Shown here: one piece after another, positions 51,461-64,000 of the stretch
Position numbering within the stretch: position 1 is the stretch's first letter
Layout of the letters: each line of letters opens with the position of its first letter
Origin: Eledone cirrhosa
Lineage: Eukaryota
Direction: 5' to 3'
Assembly (NCBI GenBank): GCA_964016885.1
Contig: OZ024741.1
Span: forward strand, 213,590,001 to 213,654,000
DNA: 64,000 bases
Made by a program: the position numbers and the translations under genes
The notes under the pieces: model-generated
The model's database searches: none
What the model was told of the DNA's origin: nothing
The model's input: only the letters and a program-made list of their open reading frames with translations

Positions 51461-54190
51461 ACACTACCCATCACTATCACCAACACTACCATCACTATCA
51501 CCAACACTACCATCACTATCACCAACATTACCATCACTATCACCAACACTACCATCACTATCACCAACATTACCATCACTATCACCAACACTACCATCAC
51601 TATCACCAACACTACCATCACTATCACCAACACTTCCATCACTATGACCAACATTACCATCACTATCACCAACACTACCATCACTATCACAAACACTACC
51701 ATCACTATCACTAACACTACCATCACTATCACCAACGCTACCATCAATATCACCAACACTAGCATCAATATCACCTGCACTACCATCACTATCACCAACA
51801 TTACCATCACTATCACCAACATTACCATCACTATCACCAACATTACCATCACTATCACCAACACTACCATCACTATCACCAACATTACCATCAATATCAT
51901 CAACACTAGCATCAATATCACCTGCACTACCATCACTATCACCAACATTACCATCACTATCACCAACATTACCATCACTATCACCAACACTACCATCACT
52001 ATCACCAACATTACCATCACTATCAGCAACATTACCATCACTATCACCAACACTACCATCACTATAACCAACATTAACGTCACTATCACCAACATTACCA
52101 TCACTATCACCAACATTACCATCACTATCACCAACATTACCATCACTATCACCAACACTACCATCACTATCACCAACATTACCATCAATATCATCAACAC
52201 TAGCATCAATATCACCTGCACTACCATCACTATCACCAACATTACCATCACTATCACCAACATTACCATCACTATCACCAACACTACCATCCCTATCACC
52301 AACATTACCATCACTATCAGCAACATTACCATCACTATCACCAACACTACCATCACTATAACCAACATTAACGTCACTATCACCAACATTACCATCACTA
52401 TCACCAACATTACCATCACTATCACCAACATTACCATCACTATCACCAACACTACCATCACTATCACCAACACTACCATCACTATCACCAACACTATCAT
52501 CACTATCACCAACACTACCATCACTATCACCAACATTACCATCACTATCACCAACACTACCATCAGTATCAACAACATTACCATCACTATCACCAATACT
52601 ACCATCACTATCACCAACACTACCATCACTATCACCAACACTACCATGACTATCACCAACACTATCATCACTATCACCAACACTACCATCACTATCACCA
52701 ACATTACCATCATTATCACCAACACTACCATCACTATCACCAATACAACCATCACTATCACCAACACTACCATCACTATCACCAACACTACCATCACTAT
52801 CACCAACATTACCATCACCATCACCAACACTTCCATCACTATCACCAACATTACCATCACTATCACCAACACTACCATCACTATCACCAACATTAACGTC
52901 ACTATCACCAACATTACCATCACTATCACCAACATTACCATCACTATCACCAACACTACCATCACTATCACCAACATTACCATCACTATCACCAACACTA
53001 CCATCACTATCACCAACATTACCATCACTGTCACCAACACTACCATCACTATCATCAACACTACCATCACTATCACCAACATTACCATCACTATCACCAA
53101 CACTACCATCACTATCACCAACACTATCATCACTATCACCAACACTATCATCACTATCATCAACACTACCATCACTATCACCAACATTACCATCACTATC
53201 ACCAACACTACCATCACTATCACCAACATTACCATAACTATCACCAACACTACCCATCACTATCACCAACACTACCATCACTATCACCAACACTACCATC
53301 ACTATCACCAACATTACCATCACTATCACCAACACTACCATCACTATCACCAACACTATCATCACTATCATCAACACTACCATCACTATCACCAACATTA
53401 CCATCACTATCACCAACACTACCATCACTATCACCAACATTACCATCACTATCACCAACACTACCCATCACTATCACCAACACTACCATCACTATCACCA
53501 ACATTACCATCACTATCACCAACACTACCATCACTATCACCAACACAACCATCACTATCACCAACACTACCATCACTATCACCAACACTACCATCACTAT
53601 CACCAACATTACCATCACTATCACCAACACTTCCATCACTATCACCAACATTACCATCACTATCACCAACACTACCATCACTATCACCAACATTAACGTC
53701 ACTATCACCAACATTACCATCACTATCACCAACATTACCATCACTATCACCAACACTACCATCATTATCACCAACATTACCATCACTATCACCAACACTA
53801 CCATCACTATCACCAACATTACCATCACTATCACCAACACTACCATCACTATCATCAACACTACCATCACTATCACCAACATTACCATCACTATCACCAA
53901 CACTACCATCACTATCACCAACACTACCATCACTATCACCAACACTATCATCACTATCATCAACACTACCATCACTATCACCAACATTACCATCACTATC
54001 ACCAACACTACCATCACTATCACCAACATTACCATCACTATCACCAACACTACCCATCACTATCACCAACACTACCATCACTATCACCAACACTACCATC
54101 ACTATCACCAACATTACCATCACTATCACCAACACTACCATCACTATCACCAACATTACCATCACTATCACCAACACTACCATCACTATC
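49700..54190 (+). repeat. Higher-order duplication, offset 2586 bp
   Basis: Frameshifts at 50664/50875/51464 vs 53250/53461/54050. actgtcacc at 50441 and 53027. The 266-aa ORF-track translations are identical. Confidence 0.9.
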
Positions 54191-57100
54191 ACCAACACTA
54201 CCATCACTATCACCAACACTACCATCACTATGACCAACACTTCCATCACTATGACCAACATTACCATCACTATCACCAACATTACCATCACTATCACCAA
54301 CACTACCATCACTATCACCAACATTACCATCACTATCACCAACACTACCCATCACTATCACCAACACTACCATCTCTATCACCAACACTACCATCACTAT
54401 CACAAACATTACCATCACTATCACCAACACTACCATCACTATCACCAACACTATCATCACTATCACCATCACTACCATCACTATCACCTACACTACCATC
54501 ACTATCACCAACACTACCATCACTATCACAAACACTACCATCACTATCACCAACACTACAATCACTATCACCAACATTACCATCCCTTTCACCAACACTA
54601 CCATCACTATCACCAACATTACCATCACTATCACCAACATTACCATCACTATAACCAACACTACCATCACTATCACCAACATTACCATCACTATCACCAA
54701 CACTACCATCACTATCATCAACACTACCATCACTATCACCAACACTTCCATCACTATGACCAACATTACCATCACTATCACCAACACTACCATCACTATC
54801 ACCAACACTACCATCACTATCACCAACACTTCCATCACTATGACCAACATTACCATCACTATCACCAACACTACCATTACTATCACCAATACTTCCATCA
54901 CTATGACCAACATTACCACCTCTATCACCAACACTACCATCACTATCACCAACATTACCATCACTATCACCAACACTACCATCACTATCACCAACACTAC
55001 CATCACTATCATCAACACTACCATCACTATCACCAACACTTCCATCACTATGACCAACATTACCATCACTATCACCAACATTACCATCACTATCACCAAA
55101 ACTACCATCACTATCACTAACGCTACCATCACTATCACCAACATTACCATCACTATCACCAACATTACCATCACTATCACCAAAACTACCATCACTATCA
55201 CTAACGCTACCATCACTATCACCAACATTACCATCACTATCACCAACATTACCATCACTATCACCAACACTACCATCACTATCACCAACATTACCATCAC
55301 TATCACCAACACTTCCATCACTATCACCAACATTACCATCACTATCACCAACACTACCATCACTATCACCAACATTAACGTCACTATCACCAACATTACC
55401 AGCACTATCACCAACATTACCATCACTATCACCAAAACTACCATCACTATCACCAACATTACCATCACTATCACCAATACAACCATCACTATCACCAACA
55501 CTACCATCACTATCACCAACACTACCATCACTATCACCAACATTACCATCACTATCACCAACACTTCCATCACTATCACCAACATTACCATCACTATCAC
55601 CAACACTACCATCACTATCACCAACATTAACGTCACTATCACCAACATTACCATCACTATCACCAACATTACCATCACTATCACCAACACTACCATCATT
55701 ATCACCAACATTACCATCACTATCACCAACACTACCATCACTATCACCAACATTACCATCACTATCACCAACACTACCATCACTATCATCAACACTACCA
55801 TCACTATCACCAACATTACCATCACTATCACCAACACTACCATCACTATCACCAACACTACCATCACTATCACCAACACTATCATCACTATCATCAACAC
55901 TACCATCACTATCACCAACATTACCATCACTATCACCAACACTACCATCACTATCACCAACATTACCATCACTATCACCAACACTACCCATCACTATCAC
56001 CAACACTACCATCACTATCACCAACACTACCATCACTATCACCAACATTACCATCACTATCACCAACACTACCATCACTATCACCAACATTACCATCACT
56101 ATCACCAACACTACCATCACTATCACCAACACTACCATCACTATCACCAACACTACCATCACTATGACCAACACTTCCATCACTATGACCAACATTACCA
56201 TCTCTATCACCAACATTACCATCACTATCACCAACACTACCATCACTATCACCAACATTACCATCACTATCACCAACACTACCCATCACTATCACCAACA
56301 CTACCATCACTATCACCAACACTACCATCACTATCACAAACATTACCATCACTATCACCAACACTACCATCACTATCACCAACACTATCATCACTATCAC
56401 CAACACTACCATCACTATCACCTACACTACCATCACTATCACCAACACTACCATCGCTATCACAAACACTACCATCACTATCACCAACACTACCATCACT
56501 ATCACCAACATTACCATCCCTTTCACCAACACTACCATCACTATCACCAACATTACCATCACTATCACCAACATTACCATCACTATAACCAACACTACCA
56601 TCACTATCACCAACATTACCATCACTATCACCAACACTACCATCACTATCATCAACACTACCATCACTATCACCAACACTTCCATCACTATGACCAACAT
56701 TACCATCACTATCACCAACACTACCATCACTATCACCAACACTACCATCACTATCACCAACACTTCCATCACTATGACCAACATTACCATCACTATCACC
56801 AACACTACCATTACTATCACCAATACTTCCATCACTATGACCAACATTACCACCACTATCACCAACACTACCATCACTATCACCAACATTACCATCACTA
56901 TCACCAACACTACCATCACTATCACCAACACTACCATCACTATCATCAACACTACCATCACTATCACCAACACTTCCATCACTATGACCAACAATACCAT
57001 CACTATCACCAACATTACCATCACTATCACCAAAACTACCATCACTATCACTAACGCTACCATCACTATCACCAACATTACCATCACTATCACCAACATT

Positions 57101-57540
57101 ACCATCACTATCACCAAAACTACCATCACTATCACTAACGCTACCATCACTATCACCAACATTACCAGCACTATCCCCAAAATTACCATCACTATCACCA
57201 ACACTACCATCACTATCACCAACTTTACCATCACTATCACCAACACTTCCATCACTATCACCAACACTACCACCACTATCACCAACATTACCATCACTAT
57301 CACCAACATTACCACCATTATCACCAACACTACCATCACTATCACCAACACTACCATCACTATCACCAACACTACCATCACTATCACCAACACTACCATC
57401 ACTATCACCACCATTACCGTCACTATCACCAACACTACCATCACTATCACCAACACTACCATCACTATCACCAACATTACCATCACTATCACCAACACTA
57501 CCATCACTATGACCAACACTACCATCACTATCACCAACAC
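53460..57540 (+). repeat. Dispersed copy of ~31570-35650 including both 1934-bp units (offset 21890 bp)
   Basis: atccctttc at 54582/56516 vs 32692/34626. atccccaaaatt at 57173 vs 35283. Frameshifts at 54050/54345/55984/56279 vs 32160/32455/34094/34389. Confidence 0.93.
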
Positions 57541-60500
57541 TACCATCACTATCACCAACACAACAATCACTATCACCAACATTACCACCACTATCACCAA
57601 CATTACCACCACTATCACCAATACTACCATCACTATCACCAACACTACCATCACTATCACCAACATTATCATCAATATCACCAACATTACCATCACTATC
57701 ACCAACACTACCATCACTATCACCAACACTACCATCACTATCCCCAACACTACCATCACTATCCCCAACATTACCACCACCATCACCAACACTACCATCA
57801 CTATCACCAACATTACCACCACTATCACCAACACTACCATCACTATCACCAACACTACCATCACTATCATCAACACTACCATCACTATCACCAACACTTC
57901 CATCACTATGACCAACATTACCATCACTATCACCAACATTACCATCACTATCACCAAAACTACCATCACTATCACTAACGCTACCATCACTATCACCAAC
58001 ATTACCATCACTATCACCAACATTACCATCACTATCACCAAAACTACCATCACTATCACTAACGCTACCATCACTATCACCAACATTACCATCACTATCA
58101 CCAACATTACCATCACTATCACCAACACTACCATCACTATCACCAACATTACCATCACTATCACCAACACTTCCATCACTATCACCAACATTACCATCAC
58201 TATCACCAACACTACCATCACTATCACCAACATTAACGTCACTATCACCAACATTACCAGCACTATCACCAACATTACCATCACTATCACCAAAACTACC
58301 ATCACTATCACCAACATTACCATCACTATCACCAATACAACCATCACTATCACCAACACTACCATCACTATCACCAACACTACCATCACTATCACCAACA
58401 TTACCATCACTATCACCAACACTTCCATCACTATCACCAACATTACCATCACTATCACCAACACTACCATCACTATCACCAACATTAACGTCACTATCAC
58501 CAACATTACCATCACTATCACCAACATTACCATCACTATCACCAACACTACCATCATTATCACCAACATTACCATCACTATCACCAACACTACCATCACT
58601 ATCACCAACATTACCATCACTATCACCAACACTACCATCACTATCATCAACACTACCATCACTATCACCAACATTACCATCACTATCACCAACACTACCA
58701 TCACTATCACCAACACTACCATCACTATCACCAACACTATCATCACTATCATCAACACTACCATCACTATCACCAACATTACCATCACTATCACCAACAC
58801 TACCATCACTATCACCAACATTACCATCACTATCACCAACACTACCCATCACTATCACCAACCCTACCATCACTATCACCAACCCTACCATCACTATCAC
58901 CAACATTACCATCACTATCACCAACACTACCATCACTATCACCAACATTACCATCACTATCACCAACACTACCATCACTATCACCAACACTACCATCACT
59001 ATCACCAACACTACCATCACTATGACCAACACTTCCATCACTATGACCAACATTACCATCTCTATCACCAACATTACCATCACTATCACCAACACTACCA
59101 TCACTATCACCAACATTACCATCACTATCACCAACACTACCCATCACTATCACCAACACTACCATCACTATCACCAACACTACCATCACTATCACAAACA
59201 TTACCATCACTATCACCAACACTACCATCACTATCACCAACACTATCATCACTATCACCAACACTACCATCACTATCACCTACACTACCATCACTATCAC
59301 CAACACTACCATCACTATCACAAACACTACCATCACTATCACCAACACTACCATCACTATCACCAACATTACCATCCCTTTCACCAACACTACCATCACT
59401 ATCACCAACATTACCATCACTATCACCAACATTACCATCACTATAACCAACACTACCATCACTATCACCAACATTACCATCACTATCACCAACACTACCA
59501 TCAATATAATCAACACTACCATCACTATCACCAACACTTCCATCACTATGACCAACATTACCATCACTATCACCAACACTACCATCACTATCACCAACAC
59601 TACCATCACTATCACCAACACTTCCATCACTATGACCAACATTACCATCACTATCACCAACACTACCATTACTATCACCAATACTTCCATCACTATGACC
59701 AACATTACCACCACTATCACCAACACTACCATCACTATCACCAACATTACCATCACTATCACCAACACTACCATCACTATCACCAACACTACCATCACTA
59801 TCATCAACACTACCATCACTATCACCAACACTTCCATCACTATGACCAACAATACCATCACTATCACCAACATTACCATCACTATCACCAAAACTACCAT
59901 CACTATCACTAACGCTACCATCACTATCACCAACATTACCATCACTATCACCAACATTACCATCACTATCACCAAAACTACCATCACTATCACTAACGCT
60001 ACCATCACTATCACCAACATTACCATCACTATCCCCAAAATTACCATCACTATCACCAACACTACCATCACTATCACCAACTTTACCATCACTATCACCA
60101 ACACTTCCATCACTATCACCAACACTACCACCACTATCACCAACATTACCATCACTATCACCAACATTACCACCATTATCACCAACACTACCATCACTAT
60201 CACCAACACTACCATCACTATCACCAACACTACCATCACTATCACCAACACTACCATCACTATCACCACCATTACCGTCACTATCACCAACACTACCATC
60301 ACTATCACCAACACTACCATCACTATCACCAACATTACCATCACTATCACCAACACTACCATCACTATGACCAACACTACCATCACTATCACCAACACTA
60401 CCATCACTATCACCAACACAACAATCACTATCACCAACATTACCACCACTATTACCAACATTACCACCACTATCACCAATACTACCATCACTATCACCAA

Positions 60501-60700
60501 CACTACCATCACTATCACCAACATTATCATCAATATCACCAACATTACCATCACTATCACCAACACTACCATCACTATCACCAACACTACCATCACTATC
60601 CCCAACACTACCATCACTATCCCCAACATTACCACCACCATCACCAACACTACCATCACTATCACCAACATTACCACCACTATCACCAACACTACCATCA
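55000..60700 (+). repeat. Higher-order tandem duplication, 2858-bp unit
   Basis: Frameshifts at 55984/56279 vs 58842/59137. atccctttc at 56516 and 59374. atccccaaaatt at 57173 and 60031. Confidence 0.9.
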
Positions 60701-61759
60701 CTATCACCAACACTACCATCACTATCACCAACACTACCATCACTATCACCAACACTACCATCACTATCACCAACATTACCATCACTATCACGAACACTAC
60801 CATCACTATCACAAACATTACCATCACTACCACAAACACTACCATCACTATCACCAACACTAGCAACCACTATCACCAACATTACCATCACTATCAGCAA
60901 CACTACCATCACTATCACCAACACTACCATCACTATCTCCAACACTACCATCACTATCACCAACACTACCATCACTATCACCAACATTACCATCACTATC
61001 AACAACATTACCATAACTATCACCAACATTACCATCACTAACACCAACATTACCATCACTATCACCAACACAACCATCACTATTACCAACACTACCATCA
61101 CTATCACCAACACTAGCATCACTATCACCAACATTACCATCACTATTACCAACACTACCATCACTATCACCAACATTACCATCACTATCACCAACACTAT
61201 CATCACTATCACCAACATTACCATCATTATCACCAACATTACCATCACTATCACCAACACTACCATCACTATCACCAACATTACCATCACTATCACCAAC
61301 ATTACCATCACTATCACCAACATTACCATCACTATCACCAACACTACCATCACTATCACCAACATTACCATCACTATCACCAACATTACCATCACTATGT
61401 CCAACATTACCATCAATATCACCAACATTACCATCACTATCACCAACACTACCATCACTATCACCAACATTACCATCACCATCACCAACACTACCATATC
61501 TATCACCTACACTACCATCACTATCACCAACATTACCGTCAATCTCACCTACACTACCATCACTATCACCAACATTACCATCACTATCACCAACACTACC
61601 ATCACTATCACCTACACTACCATCACTATCACCAACATTCCCATCACTATCACCAATACTACCATCACTATCACCAACACTACCATTACTATCACCAACA
61701 CTACCATCACTATCACCAACAACATTACCATCACTATCACCAACACAACCATCATACCA

Positions 61760-63350
61760 TCACTATCACCAACAACATTACCATCACTATCACCAACACT
61801 ACCATCACTATCACCAACATTACCACCACTATCACCAACATTACCACCACTATCACCAACACCACCATCACTATCACCAACACTACCATCACTATCACCA
61901 ACAACATTACCATCACTATCACCAACACTACCATCACTATCACCAACACTATCATCACTATCACCAACACTACCATCACTATCACCAACACTACCATCAC
62001 TATCACCAAAATTATCATCAATATCACCAACACTACCATCACTATCACCAACACTACCATCACTATCACCAACATTACCATCACTATCACCAACACTACC
62101 ATCACTATCACCAACACTACCATCACTATCACCAACACTACCATCACTATCACCAACACTACCATCACTATCACCAACACTACCATCACTATCACCAACA
62201 TTACCATCACTATCACCAACATTACCATCACTATCACCAACATTACCATCACTATCACCAACACTACCATCACTATCACCAACACTACCATCACTATCAC
62301 CAACACTACCATCACTATCACCAATATTACCACCACTATCACCAACATTACCACCACTATCACCAACACTACCATCACTATCACCAACACTACCATCACT
62401 ATCACAAACATTACCATCACTATCACCAACATTACCATCACTATCACCAACACTACCATCACTATCACCAACAACATTACCATCACTATCACCAACACTA
62501 CCATCACTATCACCAACATTACCATCACTATCACCAACACTACCATCACTATCACCAACATTACCATCACTTTCACCAACACTACCATCACTATCACCAA
62601 CACAACCATCACTATCACCAACACTACCATTACTATCACCAACACTACCATCACTATCACCAACAACATTACCATCACTATCACCAACACAACCATCACA
62701 CCATCACTATCATCAACAACATTACCATCCCTATCACCAACACTACCATCACTATCACCAACACTACCATCACTATCACCAACACTACCATCAGTATCAA
62801 CAATATTACCATCACTATCCCGTACACTTCCATCACTATCACCAACATTACCACCACTATCATCAACACTACCATCACTATCACCAACACTACCATCACT
62901 ATCACCAACACTACCATCGCTATCACCAACACTACCATCACTATCACCAACATTACCATCACTAACACGAACACTACCATCACTATCACAAACATTACCA
63001 TCACTACCACCAACACTACCATCACTATCACCAACACTACCCACCACTATCACCAACATTACCATCACTATCACCAACACTACCATCACTATCACCAACA
63101 CTAGCATCACTTTCACCAACACTACCATCACTATCACCAACATTACCATCACTATCACCAACACTACCATCACTATCACCAACACTACCATCACTATCAC
63201 CAACATTACCATCACTATCACCAACACTACCATCACTATCACCAACACTACCATCAGTATCAACAACATTACCATCACTATCACGTACACTACCATCACT
63301 ATCACCAACACTACCATCACTATCACCAACACTACCATCACTATCACCAA
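61760..63350 (+). repeat. Dispersed copy of ~46950-48540 (offset 14813 bp)
   Basis: atcccgtac at 48004 and 62817. Frameshifts at 47883/48224 vs 62696/63037. The 113-aa ORF-track translations are identical. Confidence 0.92.
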
Positions 63351-64000
63351 CACTACCATCACTATCACCAACATTACCATCACTATCACCAACACTACCA
63401 TCACTATCACAAACATTACCATCACTACCACCAACACTAGCATCACTATCACCAACATTACCATCTCTACCACCAACACTACCATCACTATCACCAACAT
63501 TACCATCACTTTCACCAACACTACCATCACTATCACCAACATTACCACCACTATCACCAACACCACCATCACTATCACCAACATTATCATCAATATCACC
63601 AACACTACCATCACTATCACCAACACTACCATCACTATCACCAACATTACCATCAATATCACCAACACTACCATCACTATCACCAACATTACCATTACTA
63701 TCACCATCATTACCATCACTATCACCAACACTACCATCACTATCACCAACATTATCATCACTATCACCAACATTACCACCACTATCACCAACATTACCAC
63801 CACTATCACAAACACTATCATCACTATCACCAACACTACCATCACTATCACCAACATTACCATCACTATCACCAACATTACCATCACTATCAACAACACT
63901 ACAATCACTATCACCAACAACATTACCATCACTATCACCAACACTACCATCACTTTCACCAACACTACCATCACTATCACCAACATTACCATCACTATCA

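Larger units (their letters stand above)
1..64000 (+). repeat. Tandem satellite/minisatellite array, 21-bp monomer ACCATCACTATCACCAACA(C/T)T, about 3,000 copies, single orientation
   Basis: The monomer reads continuously from base 1 to 64000 with no unique insert seen. The consensus has 8A/9C/4T/0G. All ORF translations are the 7-aa periodic products of this unit (TITITN[T/I], [20 protein letters not shown][S/N], LVIVMV[V/M]). Confidence 0.99.

Noticed and set aside
569-63995. Dozens of long ORFs (up to 2704 aa) on both strands
   Set aside because: Five of six frames of the monomer lack stops. The TITITN codons all start with A and the antisense GDSDG codons all end in T, so stops need two or more hits. 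ORFs overlap in all frames, switch peptide type at frameshifts, and have no unique domains.
1-64000. CRISPR or other repeat-spacer array
   Set aside because: Monomers abut directly. There are no unique spacers, palindromic repeat, leader or cas genes.
1-64000. Telomerase-made telomeric tract (GT-rich minus strand; long units as in some budding yeasts)
   Set aside because: Variants are inherited in kb-scale duplicated blocks, which indicates recombination or replication copying rather than re-synthesis from an RNA template. It matches no telomere motif I recognise. A subtelomeric location is not excluded.
1-64000. Lambda operator half-site (TATCACC), tetO half-site (CTATCA) and Chi-like (GCTGGTGA on minus at agc variants) matches
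   Set aside because: These are partial short matches only, with no inverted partner half-sites, and the Chi octamer is mismatched.
1-64000. G-quadruplex or i-motif array
   Set aside because: The minus strand has only GG doublets separated by 7-10-nt loops, and runs of three or more occur only at sparse variants.
1-64000. Pure sequencing artefact or synthetic concatemer
   Set aside because: Rare variants and indels recur at exact offsets in hierarchical blocks with small private differences, unlike random error. Individual block copy numbers could still be misassembled.

Overview
The whole 64-kb window is one uninterrupted head-to-tail tandem array of a 21-bp monomer, consensus ACCATCACTATCACCAACA(C/T)T, at roughly 3,000 copies. 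All copies are in the same orientation and the array runs off both ends. The + strand is almost G-free. I see no unique sequence, genes, RNA genes, mobile elements or CRISPR spacers. The very long ORFs in the track are best explained by the monomer, which has no stop in five of six frames; about 60 frame-shifting indels swap the frames. The information in the window lies in the variant monomers. These include a near-binary ACT/ATT dimorphism, a recurrent +1 C monomer, and region-specific rare variants. They trace nested tandem and long-range duplications (offsets 924, 1797-2070, 1874, 1934, 2205, 2586, 2753, 2858, 3022, 9564, 10030, 14813, 19302 and 21890 bp) and short patches copied between domains. 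This looks like an actively turning-over satellite or giant minisatellite, probably eukaryotic (inference). I could not support a new coding or defence system here. Block boundaries are approximate and were read by eye; offsets were measured between exact marker positions.
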